Positions 10,778 to 20,321 of a DNA stretch of 64,000 nt are shown piece after piece. Location: the NCBI GenBank assembly GCA_963827165.1, contig CAWGZR010000010.1, positions 96,001 to 160,000 on the forward strand, in the 5' to 3' direction. The notes under the pieces are model-generated. The model was not told the DNA's origin and made no database searches. It worked only from the letters and a program-made list of their open reading frames with translations. Each line of letters starts with the position of its first letter. The first letter of the stretch is position 1. The DNA is from Candidatus Bathyarchaeota archaeon (GTDB lineage Archaea; Thermoproteota; Bathyarchaeia; Bathyarchaeales; Bathycorpusculaceae). The translations under genes were made by a program, and so were the position numbers.

Positions 10778-13341
10778 ACCGGTTCGCCTGCGAACATGTG
10801 CGCTGTGGCTGATGATCCGTAGTATCCGTTTGTGCCTGCGAAAACTGCGTAGACTGTGTAGTTGCCGGCGATGTCGGGTGTCCAAGTTAGGCTGTATGAT
10901 CCGCTTGCGTCTGAGGTTGTTGTGGCGACTGCGCGGTAGTTGTTGTTGCTGTCTAAGACGTAGATTGTAACTGGAACGCCTGTTAAGTTGCTTGGCATCG
11001 GCTGCTGCTCGTACGCTGCTTCCATTAATCCGGACATGCTTGCATCTGATACGCATGGCAGACCGTTGGGGAAGTTCGCTGCGACCGCTGGTTGTGATGC
11101 GCCTGCGCTTATGTCTGTGACTGCGCCGCTGATGACTATCGGGGTCTTTGTAGTTACGCCGATTGCAGGTACGTTGATTGTTGTTTTGCTTGGTCCCTGT
11201 GCGTACGCGTAGATTTGTCCGTCGTATGCGTTGAGTGTTGTCATGACGCCGTCTGCGACTGCGGTTGCTGTGTCGTCAAAGCCTAGGTTGCTCCAGAGCA
11301 GTTTGCCTGTATTTCCGTCAAAGGCTAGTTCTTGTGCACCATGGAACAGCGGTGGGTCATATTCGTGTCCTTCAGATAGGTATAGTACGGTATTTGCGCC
11401 TTGTCCTGCTAGGGCTTCATCAGAGAAGACCCAGATCGGGTAAATGCCATATGGAGATTCAGTGCCTGCAGGTCCGTGAAGCTGATAGGTGCTCCATGAC
11501 CAGATGATTGCGCCGTTAGTTATGTTGAGTGCCCATACGTCGCCTCCTAAGGCCCAAACGTACAGAACCCCGGTTGTTGTGTCAGGTACAGTTTCGAAGT
11601 CGAATGAGTCATATGGGTTCGGCATGTTGCCGTCAGCCATTGGAACGTTAAGGTTACTTGTCCAAACAGATTTGCCTGTGTCAACGTTGAAGCCTTCAGC
11701 CACGTATGAATTCTGGTTAATTTCCACGTAGATTCCGTCGGCTAATGATGGCGTGTTGCTTAGTCTGGTGTATGATGGGTTAAGCATGGGTGTGTCAGAG
11801 CTTGTACGGTTGTATATCCATTCGAGGTGTCCGTCTTTTGTGCTAAAGCCTGCTTCAACCTGGTATCCTTTTTGTTCCGCGACTGAAACGGTTCCGGTTG
11901 ATGTGACTATGGTGTTTTGTCCCCAGACGCTGAATCCGAAGCCGCCTCCAGTTAAGCCTGATACGAGTGCACCGTTAAGATATGCGCCCATTGGGTTAGA
12001 CCACATGACGCCGTTCTTCCAGAGGAACACTGAGTTCAAAGAGAAGCCGAAGTTGAATGCCGCATTGAAGTTCAAGGCAAGACTTAAGTTCCAAAGGTAC
12101 AGGTTGGGTCCTAAAGTAGAGTTCACAACGAAAGTATGAGTAGTTGTCGTGGTTCCAAGTAGCGCGGTTCCAGCCCATGTTACGGTCATGGATCCAGCAG
12201 TGCTGTTTGTGCCGTAGCCGATGATGTTTCCGTGCGCGTCTTCACCTAGGTATCCTGGGGCTGTTCCGTTGACGACTGCACAGAGGAATTGCCCTGTTAA
12301 GCCGTCGAAGATGTTGAATTCAGTTCCAGTGTTGTGCCAGCTTGGTGACATTCCGCCTGTCTGTGATGCGGGCATTGTGCCTGTGGTGATGAGGAAGGGA
12401 CCTGTAACGCCGTATTGGTTGATGTTTTCAAAGTCTGTGACCATGCCGCATCTGAGGATGGTGGTTGTGTTCATTACCCAAAGGGTTTGGCCGCTGAATA
12501 GGTCAATTGCGATGATTCCTTGTTCGCTGCTTGTACTGCTTGTGTACCATGTTGAGTATTCTACTCCGTTGATTATGACGGGGGCATATTTGGGTTCATA
12601 TTGTGATGTTACCCAGTAATTGCTGAATTGCTCACTGCCGCCGAGTTCGCCGCCTGCAATTCCGCCTGCACACCAAACTTTCGTCCATATGATGTGGGCG
12701 GTTTTTGGAGTAGCGCTGTATGGGTTGTAGTTGCCGGTGAAGTTGTAGCCTCCTGTTGCTGCGAATGTGTTTGCTGCGAATCCGAGCCATGATCCAGTTA
12801 ATGCGGACCATAGTTGGACGTTTTCTGCATTGGCTGGTGTTTGCCACCACGTTGTTGGAAGTGGTGTGTCTGGTAAGCCGCCTCTTGGCTCGTTGGTTAC
12901 GATAAGAGTTGCTTTTTCACTTGTGCTGCCTTGGTTGTAGTATGCCTGATTAGCTCCTGTGTATTGCTGTCCTCCATAAACCATCCAGAATGTGTAGTTG
13001 CCCACTGTGCTTGGAGTGTATGTGGTGAATGTGCCGCCGGTTAAGTCTGCTGTGAAGTTTCCTAAGGTGCTTGTTACTCCCGCGGGGGTGGTAACGTAGA
13101 CTTGTAAGCCAACTGCGTGTTCGCTGTCAAACATCGGGTCTGCGAGCCAAAAGCCTACAGTGACTACCTGTCCGACACCGCATGGGTTAGGTGCAACGTT
13201 GCAATAAGCGATTGTTGGAACAATGATGCTGCCTGCTGTCTGTGCATTTGTGCTTGGGATAAGTACTGAGGTACCGCTGATGATGAATATCATTACAATC
13301 GAGATGGCTATCGCTGCAATTTTATTTTTTGTGTTTATCAT
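10636..13341 (-). CDS. Large secreted PQQ-like beta-propeller surface protein, paralog B (901 aa)
   Basis: Colinear with 7484-10189; last 46 aa identical. Confidence 0.85.
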   Translation of the reverse strand: MINTKNKIAAIAISIVMIFIISGTSVLIPSTNAQTAGSIIVPTIAYCNVAPNPCGVGQVVTVGFWLADPMFDSEHAVGLQVYVTTPAGVTSTLGNFTADLTGGTFTTYTPSTVGNYTFWMVYGGQQYTGANQAYYNQGSTSEKATLIVTNEPRGGLPDTPLPTTWWQTPANAENVQLWSALTGSWLGFAANTFAATGGYNFTGNYNPYSATPKTAHIIWTKVWCAGGIAGGELGGSEQFSNYWVTSQYEPKYAPVIINGVEYSTWYTSSTSSEQGIIAIDLFSGQTLWVMNTTTILRCGMVTDFENINQYGVTGPFLITTGTMPASQTGGMSPSWHNTGTEFNIFDGLTGQFLCAVVNGTAPGYLGEDAHGNIIGYGTNSTAGSMTVTWAGTALLGTTTTTHTFVVNSTLGPNLYLWNLSLALNFNAAFNFGFSLNSVFLWKNGVMWSNPMGAYLNGALVSGLTGGGFGFSVWGQNTIVTSTGTVSVAEQKGYQVEAGFSTKDGHLEWIYNRTSSDTPMLNPSYTRLSNTPSLADGIYVEINQNSYVAEGFNVDTGKSVWTSNLNVPMADGNMPNPYDSFDFETVPDTTTGVLYVWALGGDVWALNITNGAIIWSWSTYQLHGPAGTESPYGIYPIWVFSDEALAGQGANTVLYLSEGHEYDPPLFHGAQELAFDGNTGKLLWSNLGFDDTATAVADGVMTTLNAYDGQIYAYAQGPSKTTINVPAIGVTTKTPIVISGAVTDISAGASQPAVAANFPNGLPCVSDASMSGLMEAAYEQQPMPSNLTGVPVTIYVLDSNNNYRAVATTTSDASGSYSLTWTPDIAGNYTVYAVFAGTNGYYGSSATAHMFAGEPVASTAPTTTPATNLASNSTVEYGIVAIAIIIIVIGAVLALLVTRKHP

Positions 13342-13376
13342 TTTTCTCTTTTCTTCCTTAATTTTCTATTATTTGA

Positions 13377-13407
13377 TTGAGCAAAAAGCCTTTAGCTGTT
13401 TACCCAA
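13377..13407 (-). promoter_or_regulatory. 5'UTR stem-loop of paralog B, downstream of a TATA-like box at about 13433-13440
   Basis: Minus strand TTGGGTAA-N15-TTGCTCAA. Confidence 0.6.
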
Positions 13408-13634
13408 TAAGCTTTCTTATGCCTTCATAACGTATTTAATACTTCCGTGAAGCTACACCAGTGTACCTATGTATTGAGAAAAAAAGTTTTGTTGAACAAA
13501 TATCCAGATGTCTGCCATTTTTCTCCTTGTTCTTGCAAGTGAGGAGGGTCAAATAAAGAAGAAGGCTAATCAATTCAACTCGCCTTAAGACTAATGATCC
13601 TCCGAAAACAAGCCCTAAGCCGCCGATTTCGCGG

Positions 13635-14684
13635 TCAAGCGGGCTGCTGTTGCGAGATACAATGAATCGCGCCGAACCCACATATCAAATCGACGCAGTT
13701 TACACCTACAACGGTTCTTGTTGGGAAAAGTTTCTGAAGGATATTAACCGCAATTTTGTCGTTTTCGCTTTCGAAAGTCGGAACCAAAACCGTTCGGTTG
13801 CCTATGTAAAAGTTTGTGTAACTCGCAGGCAACCTCTTCCCATCGTAGCAAACGTTTCCAGGCATTGGCAGCTTGATAACCTCGAGTTTGTTCCCTTCTT
13901 GATCTGTTGATTGCTCCAATAATTCAAAGTTTTTTCTTAAAGCTTCGTTGTTTTCGTCGTCTCCATCGTCATAGCCGCACACAACTGTAGTTGGGTTCAC
14001 GAAACGCGCTAAGTCGTCAACGTGCCCATCGGTGTCATCTCCAACTATACCGCTTTTCAACCAGATTACGTGAGTGACACCCAAATAATCCATCAGGAAC
14101 TTTTCGATTTCCTCTTTCTTAAGGCATCCATTCCGGTTCTTGTTCAAGAGGCATTGTTCAGTGGTAAGCAGAGTTCCTTTTCCATTGACGTCAATGGAAC
14201 CGCCTTCCAAAACGACTCCAGGCTCAAAACATGGCAGCTGCATAGCCTTGTTGATTTCATGCGGTATCTGCGCATCCTTCATAAGTTCCTCATATTTTTC
14301 TCCCCAAGAATTGAAAGTCCAATGCACTATCGCCAAATCTGCGTCATGCTTAACGAAAATAGGACCGTAATCGCGGAACCAAACGTCAGCATAACCGAAC
14401 ACAAAAAAACGTACCCTCTTCAGGTCAATATTGCGGGCTTGAAGCAGGCTAGATACTTCTTCCTTCATGCACGGGTCCTTTACGAAAAGATTAACGTTCT
14501 CATCCTTGTGCAGCAAGCTGATGATTTGAACAAATGTTTCTTCAACTTTTTCAACCCCCGATGTAAATGTTGTAGGGTCATGTGGCCAAGCGAGCCAGAT
14601 TGCCTCATGTTTTGACCATTCAGCGGGCATGCAGTAGCCAAGTTCTCGAGGCGTTTTTTCCTGGGCATTTCGCGGATTCTTCAT
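13635..14684 (-). CDS. aguA: Agmatine deiminase
   Basis: MPAEW, W(F)RDYGP, LEGGSIDVNG, DTDGHVDD, ASYTNF and GAIHCISQQQP. ATG 14684 lies just after the aguB stop. Confidence 0.93.
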   Translation of the reverse strand: MKNPRNAQEKTPRELGYCMPAEWSKHEAIWLAWPHDPTTFTSGVEKVEETFVQIISLLHKDENVNLFVKDPCMKEEVSSLLQARNIDLKRVRFFVFGYADVWFRDYGPIFVKHDADLAIVHWTFNSWGEKYEELMKDAQIPHEINKAMQLPCFEPGVVLEGGSIDVNGKGTLLTTEQCLLNKNRNGCLKKEEIEKFLMDYLGVTHVIWLKSGIVGDDTDGHVDDLARFVNPTTVVCGYDDGDDENNEALRKNFELLEQSTDQEGNKLEVIKLPMPGNVCYDGKRLPASYTNFYIGNRTVLVPTFESENDKIAVNILQKLFPTRTVVGVNCVDLICGFGAIHCISQQQPA

Positions 14685-14688
14685 TAAC

Positions 14689-15600
14689 TTAGGTGTCCTC
14701 CACGAGTTCGCGGTAAGAGTCAGGTCGCCGATTTCGAAGAAAACCCCAGCCATCCTGAATCCTCTTGTTTTTTGCAAGATCAACCTCAACAACCAAAGTT
14801 TCCTCTTTCCTCATGCTTGCCTCTTTAAGCATCATGCCAAACGAGTCACATACAAATGAACCGCCCCAAAACCCAAGTTTCCCTTCCACACCAACACGGT
14901 TCACAGCGGCCACATGGACGCCATTCGCGATAGCATTACCGCGCTGAACAGTTTTCCAAGCGTCATGCCAGTCGCCATCCGATGAGACTTCGCCTTCGAT
15001 ATAGCCAATCGCCGTTGGGTAAAAGAGGATTTCCGCACCCTTCAAAGCATTGATTCTTGCAGGTTCAGGAAACCATTGATCATAACAAATCAGCACCGAT
15101 AAGCGGGCGTAACGGGTTTCGAAGACACGGTATCCTGTGTCACCTGCGTCAAAAAAGTTTTTTTCGTAAAACAGGGGATCGCAGGGTACATGCATCTTGC
15201 GATAAACGCCCAAGGTTTTCCCGTCTGCATCAATTACAACGGCTGAATTGTAGAAATTCCCATTCCAAGCCTTCTCAAAAATAGGCGCAATTATGACGGC
15301 GGCGTTCTTTTTCGCCAGCGTCGAAAATGTTCTTGTAGTTTCGCCGGGAACTGTTTCAGCCAAACCGCTTGCATCTTGTTTTTCGGTCTGCGGAAAATAC
15401 CGTGATCTGTAAAGCTCGGGTAGGCAGATTATTTGAGCGCCCCTGCTTGAGGCTTCTTCAACTTTTTCGACCGCATTTTTCATATTGTCGGCTATGACGT
15501 CTGAAGCAGCGGTTTGAATTAGCCCAACTTTGACGATTTTTTCTTGATCCAGTGGCTGAGAGATCCTCGAAACAGTAACCACCCTTTTTCTTAGTTGCAA
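14689..15600 (-). CDS. aguB: N-carbamoylputrescine amidase (nitrilase superfamily)
   Basis: E-K-C triad in CLPEL, YRKMHVP and ICYDQWFPE; YPTAIG; RRPDSY. Operonic with aguA; start uncertain. Confidence 0.88.
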   Translation of the reverse strand: MQLRKRVVTVSRISQPLDQEKIVKVGLIQTAASDVIADNMKNAVEKVEEASSRGAQIICLPELYRSRYFPQTEKQDASGLAETVPGETTRTFSTLAKKNAAVIIAPIFEKAWNGNFYNSAVVIDADGKTLGVYRKMHVPCDPLFYEKNFFDAGDTGYRVFETRYARLSVLICYDQWFPEPARINALKGAEILFYPTAIGYIEGEVSSDGDWHDAWKTVQRGNAIANGVHVAAVNRVGVEGKLGFWGGSFVCDSFGMMLKEASMRKEETLVVEVDLAKNKRIQDGWGFLRNRRPDSYRELVEDT

Positions 15601-15821
15601 GTATGTAAGTTTTGAAGGTTATAACTTTTCTGAAGCTAGTTCAATGGAACCTGCTTTGACTTTTCCCGTGCGTTTGAAGAAAAAGAGCAACTTCACTGAT
15701 GCGAATAGGGTACTTAGTAAAACTGAGGTTTGGGATTAAGGGTCGGGGCTTTAAAGGCCTTGCAGAACTGCTATCCCCGGCTTGAAGCAAACGGTTAATT
15801 TCTTGTCTTCCAAATAGTTAA

Positions 15822-17105
15822 TTGGTCAGGTTCTTTTTGGGTAAACCACAAGACGCCGCTCTAAAACCACAGCTTACGTTGTTTGATGCCATAGTCACGG
15901 GTCTCGCAGCAATTCTCGGCGCAGGCATATTCACAGTAATAGCGCCCGCGGCAGGACTAGCTGGACCCGCCATCTTGATATCCTTTGGCATCGCGGCGTT
16001 CGTGGCGTTTTGCAACGCGTCATCGTCAATCCAGTTAGCCGCTGTTTTCCCCCGTTCAGGAGGCACCTACGAGTTTGGAAGGAGAATGCTGGGCAACTGG
16101 TGGGGTTTCATTGCAGGCTGGATGTTCCTTTTGGCAAACACTGTGGGACCAGGCGTAAGCGCTATAGCATTCGGAAGCTACCTTCACGCAGTCTGGCCCG
16201 CTGTTCCAAGCCAAGTAGCAGCAATCGGCGTTGCAGTGGTTATGGTTCTTCTTGACGCCGTAGGAATTCGCAGATCAGTACGAGTGACAGGAGTAATAGT
16301 CATTTTGTCAATTGCCGCCCTCCTAACTGTCGCTGTGATCGGTCTCCCATCTGCGCATTTAGCTAATTTCTTACCGTTTGCCCCAGGCGGAGTCGTTGGA
16401 ATATTGCGCGCCACAGGATTACTTTTCTTCGCCTACACTGGATACAGCAGAATCGCAACTCTGGTAGAAGAAGTGAAAAATCCGAAGAAAACCATCCCGA
16501 GAGCCTCTTTGATAGCGCTCGGCAGCGTCACCTTCCTTTATCTCTTTGTAGTTGGAACGGCAATTGCTGTCTTGGGAGCATCGGGCTTGGCAGGTTCACC
16601 TTCGCCTTTGGAAGCTATGATGATAGCTGTTGGAAGTGGCTTGGGCGTGGCTTTGGTGGCGGGAGGCGCATTGTTAACAACCTTCAACGAGGGGCTCTCC
16701 GATCTTTTAGGAGTTTCTCGCGTTGCCTTCGCCATGGGCAGGGAAAGCGACTTACCTATTGGTTTAGCAAAACTTGGTGCTGGCAAAAACCCGTGGAGAA
16801 GCGTAATCTTTGTCGGAGCAGTCACGCTGATTGTTGCAGCTTTTGCCCCGCTGGAATTGGCGGTGGCGGTATCCAGCTTCGGCACACTACTATACTACTC
16901 CATAACCAACGTTTCAGCCCTTAAACTGCCAAACGCACAAAGAACTTTCCCACGCGCTCTTGCAGTAGCTGGACTCGCGGGATGTTTAGGGCTAGCATTT
17001 GCTTTATCCCCTGAATACATTGCAGTTGGACTATTGATTCTGGCGGCTGGCGCAGTATTCTATGTGATACGCAGAAGAATTATGCGGCAAAAACAGTCAA
17101 CTTAA
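15822..17105 (+). CDS. APC-family amino acid/polyamine permease
   Basis: ILGAGIF, PRSGGTY, FFAYTGY and EEVKNPKKTIP; about 12 TMs. Confidence 0.9.
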   Translation: MVRFFLGKPQDAALKPQLTLFDAIVTGLAAILGAGIFTVIAPAAGLAGPAILISFGIAAFVAFCNASSSIQLAAVFPRSGGTYEFGRRMLGNWWGFIAGWMFLLANTVGPGVSAIAFGSYLHAVWPAVPSQVAAIGVAVVMVLLDAVGIRRSVRVTGVIVILSIAALLTVAVIGLPSAHLANFLPFAPGGVVGILRATGLLFFAYTGYSRIATLVEEVKNPKKTIPRASLIALGSVTFLYLFVVGTAIAVLGASGLAGSPSPLEAMMIAVGSGLGVALVAGGALLTTFNEGLSDLLGVSRVAFAMGRESDLPIGLAKLGAGKNPWRSVIFVGAVTLIVAAFAPLELAVAVSSFGTLLYYSITNVSALKLPNAQRTFPRALAVAGLAGCLGLAFALSPEYIAVGLLILAAGAVFYVIRRRIMRQKQST

Positions 17106-17392
17106 GTTCTGGTTGTTTTCTTAAGGACGTAATCGAAGTACTTTTCAGTTGTTCCTTCACAGGACCATTCAGCCCGCAGCCTGGTTTTCTTTTCGGCCCT
17201 GCGCAACTCCGAAAGCAGCATCCGATTTACGTCCTTGATGCATTCGCCTTGGAATTCAGCAGTTACATCAAACCCGTCGCTGGTTGGTTTTATTGTGCCG
17301 TTGCTACCGACTTTTCGTTCTAAAACGGATTTGATTGCTGGCGGGTTGGCGCTGCTTACGTTTGCAATCAACTTTATTTTTTTCCCAGGCAT
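17102..17392 (-). CDS. Small hypothetical protein
   Basis: Protein-like ORF converging on the permease; start uncertain (17392-17401). Confidence 0.55.
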   Translation of the reverse strand: MPGKKIKLIANVSSANPPAIKSVLERKVGSNGTIKPTSDGFDVTAEFQGECIKDVNRMLLSELRRAEKKTRLRAEWSCEGTTEKYFDYVLKKTTRT

Positions 17393-17458
17393 CAAAGTCA
17401 ATCCTATAATGACGTGGCTTATCTGGTTTTAAAAGTCAGCCTGATTTAATATTATCTC

Positions 17459-17797
17459 TTACTTCTTATGCCTCTTGATTCTTTCCTGCCGCTGCGTTTT
17501 CTTTCGCCAATCTTTCTTGCGTTGGGTCGCAACAGTGAATTTTCCGCCTTGCCGTGGCATCTGCTCAACTTTGCGGTAACGTGAAACGTTTACGTAGAAT
17601 GTTTCGAGGTCTACTTTGTTAGATTTTAAATCCTCAAGATCCTGGTTCAATTCTTTTTTTGCGTCTTCGCCCGCATGGTCGAAAGCTTCGGAGTAAACGA
17701 GATATGCAGCATGAAACTGGAAGTTTGAGGTGTCGTCGATTAAAAGTTTCTCTGTTTGGGTTTCGCTTGTGGTCGGTTCGTTTGGTTCTTCAGACAT
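17459..17797 (-). CDS. Hypothetical protein, acidic N-terminus and basic C-terminus
   Basis: ATG-started 112-aa ORF filling the gap. Confidence 0.65.
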   Translation of the reverse strand: MSEEPNEPTTSETQTEKLLIDDTSNFQFHAAYLVYSEAFDHAGEDAKKELNQDLEDLKSNKVDLETFYVNVSRYRKVEQMPRQGGKFTVATQRKKDWRKKTQRQERIKRHKK

Positions 17798-17897
17798 GTT
17801 ATTCAGCTTTAATGATGAGCAATGTTGTTTTTCCCTCTTTTATATTTATGCCACGGAAAAAGCGGGTGTTTCTCTGAGCCGCAGGGCTAAAAAATAG

Positions 17898-18314
17898 TCA
17901 GTGAATTAATTTTGCTCTGATTTTTTCAGATTCCTTTTCTAACTGCTCAGTGGACCACAGATCTAGTTCACGTTTGAATGGGTTTTGCGGCTTCATCGGG
18001 ATAACGTGAACGTGCAGGTGAAATATAACTTGGCCAGCATCCGCTCCGTTATTCTGAACTATTCGGATAGCCTCTGTGTCTGTTGCCTCGCACACGGCGT
18101 GTGCGATTTTTTTAGCTACCACAAAGAGGTAAGCAGCTTCGCCCTCGGGGATTACATAGATGTTGACGTAATGCTTCTTCGGTACAACAAGCGTGTGCCC
18201 CTCGTTCACCGGGCGGTTACTTAAGAAAGCAGCGACCTGCTCATCTTCGTAGACTATGCTTGCAGGTGCATTTCTTCGAATTATTTGGCAAAATGTACAT
18301 CCGGATTCAGACAT
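17898..18314 (-). CDS. HIT family nucleotide hydrolase
   Basis: CTFC, GHTLVVPKKH and GQVIFHLHVHVIP. Confidence 0.93.
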   Translation of the reverse strand: MSESGCTFCQIIRRNAPASIVYEDEQVAAFLSNRPVNEGHTLVVPKKHYVNIYVIPEGEAAYLFVVAKKIAHAVCEATDTEAIRIVQNNGADAGQVIFHLHVHVIPMKPQNPFKRELDLWSTEQLEKESEKIRAKLIH

Positions 18315-18382
18315 CACTCATACCTTTCAGCGGTTTAAAAGTGGGGTTAGCTTTAATAGAATTTCCTTCGATTTACTCTTTT

Positions 18383-19408
18383 ATGGATACTTTAGTTGAC
18401 GATGTCGGAAGTTTTCCTCTGCCGCCCAACGTGAATAAGGAGGTTTTCAGCGAAGCCTATCGTCAGGCCAGGGCAGCGGCTGTCGATGGGAAAAACCTAA
18501 GAGAAGATGCTTTCTTAGAGAAGAACTTCTGTTCAGTCGTGCTCGATTCTTTTAGGCGGAAAGTCATGTCGGGTCTAGATGTGGCGAATTTTCCTCAGGA
18601 GTATGATGGGATGAGGCAAGTTGGAGACGTGTTGCATGCTGCGATGGAGCAAGGGTCTTTTCTCGTTGAACAAAAAACTGCGGTTTTGCCAGAAGTATAC
18701 CTAATCAATCAGGAAGCCAAAGCCTTAAGCGAAGAATTCGGTAAAAAGATACAGTTACGAGTATCAATTTTTGGTCCGCTTGAGAATTATCTGCATGAAA
18801 TAGGAACCACGCCCTACCAAGATGTCCTGGAAGGGTTGGCAGGGACGATTCAGCGCTTTGCGAAAAACAGCGTTCTAAACAGCAAGTACATCGAGACAGC
18901 GGTGGTTTCGATTGATGAGCCAAGCTTCGGCTTCAACAACATCCAAGCCCCATCCGACGTGGTTTGCGGTGTGCTGGAGAAAGCCTTCGATTTCAAAGGC
19001 GCGACTCGGCAGATTCATCTGCACTCAGCCGCCGGAGTTGGCGACTTGCTTTGCGTAAAAAACCTCGATGTCCTATCCTTTGAATATGCTGCATCGCCGA
19101 AAAACATTGAGGCAGTTCCAAAAAGCATGCTTGATCGCATGGACAAGCAGATTCGGGTTGGAGTCGCTAGAACGGACATCGACGGAATATTGGCGGAACT
19201 CTACGAGAAAGGTGTCGTGAAACCTTCAGTCGATCAGATAGCTGAGGGGGTAGAGATAATAAAGAAAAGGTTTAGGGTTGCCAAGGAAAAATATGGCGAC
19301 CGGATGACTTTTACCGGTCCTGACTGCGGTTTAGGCGGGTGGCCCAGCCAAGAAGCAGCCACGCTACTACTCAGACGAACGGTTGAGGCTGTGAAAGCCG
19401 TTCAATGA
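18383..19408 (+). CDS. Cobalamin-independent methionine synthase catalytic-domain (core MetE-like) protein
   Basis: DDVGSFP, SIDEPS, IHLH, SFEYA and GPDCGL. ATG 18383 avoids overlap with the HIT gene. Confidence 0.78.
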   Translation: MDTLVDDVGSFPLPPNVNKEVFSEAYRQARAAAVDGKNLREDAFLEKNFCSVVLDSFRRKVMSGLDVANFPQEYDGMRQVGDVLHAAMEQGSFLVEQKTAVLPEVYLINQEAKALSEEFGKKIQLRVSIFGPLENYLHEIGTTPYQDVLEGLAGTIQRFAKNSVLNSKYIETAVVSIDEPSFGFNNIQAPSDVVCGVLEKAFDFKGATRQIHLHSAAGVGDLLCVKNLDVLSFEYAASPKNIEAVPKSMLDRMDKQIRVGVARTDIDGILAELYEKGVVKPSVDQIAEGVEIIKKRFRVAKEKYGDRMTFTGPDCGLGGWPSQEAATLLLRRTVEAVKAVQ

Positions 19409-20281
19409 TTATTCTTGCGTCGTCTCCGGTTGGGAAGACTGCTGTTGCGATCTTGTCAGTGGCGGCCTTGTCTTTGCATGTTCCTGTTGTGCAGCAGTCA
19501 GGTCTTTGAAGCCGTACGTTCCAACTGGAGGCCAACCTGCTTCAGGCATAACCGATGGAATTAACATGATTGTGTTTGTTTGTGATTGCTGTCCTAATTC
19601 GTAGAGGATGTTCATCCATCTGAGTCTTAGTCCGTCTGGGCTTGCCTCGTATGCCTTGGCTGCTTCAATCATTTTCTGTGACGCTTCAAACTCGGCTGTG
19701 GCCAAGGTTACTCTTGCGATGCGTTCCCTTTCCGCTTGTGCTTGGCGGCTCATGGCGTCTTGCAGGTTGGGGGGGATTATGACGTCTCGAACCTCGACCG
19801 CAGTGACTTTGATGCCCCAGGACTCAGTTTTTTCATCGATGATTTCGCGCAGTTTAGCTCCGACTTTTTCCCGTTCAGCGAGCAGCTCGTTCAAGCTTTG
19901 TTTGCCAATGACTTCCCGCAGAGTCGTCTGCGAGGCGAGTTGTGTTGCTTGGTAGTAATTTTCCACTTGCAGGACGGCTTTTTCTAAGTCCACAGGTTTC
20001 ATGTAAAGCACGGAGTCCACATTTACTGGGACATTGTCTTTGGTCAGGGTTGATTCTGTTCGGAACTGGATGGTGTCGAGCCTGGTTGAGATTTTCAGCG
20101 GTGCCCTATCGATTATGGGGATAAGGTAGATTAAGCCGGGCCCTTTCAACCCCACGTAGCGTCCCAGACGCAGCACAGGCATTCTTTCCCATTCTCTTAG
20201 CACCCGTATTCCGCTTAGCAGGAATATGACTACGATGAAAACTATGAAGGCTATTAAGCCAATTAAAAGTTCACTTACCAT
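19409..20281 (-). CDS. SPFH/stomatin (slipin) protein
   Basis: REWERMPVLRLGRY, TKDNVPVNVD, QTTLREVIG and AMSRQAQAERER. Confidence 0.92.
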   Translation of the reverse strand: MVSELLIGLIAFIVFIVVIFLLSGIRVLREWERMPVLRLGRYVGLKGPGLIYLIPIIDRAPLKISTRLDTIQFRTESTLTKDNVPVNVDSVLYMKPVDLEKAVLQVENYYQATQLASQTTLREVIGKQSLNELLAEREKVGAKLREIIDEKTESWGIKVTAVEVRDVIIPPNLQDAMSRQAQAERERIARVTLATAEFEASQKMIEAAKAYEASPDGLRLRWMNILYELGQQSQTNTIMLIPSVMPEAGWPPVGTYGFKDLTAAQQEHAKTRPPLTRSQQQSSQPETTQE

Positions 20282-20321
20282 TATCTAACAACCTCGGTAT
20301 CGTATTCAGCGCTCTACAGAA

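Noticed and set aside
7484-13341. Diversity-generating retroelement TR/VR pair
   Set aside because: Mismatches in the 190-bp repeat are silent and not confined to adenines of one copy; there is no reverse transcriptase in the window.
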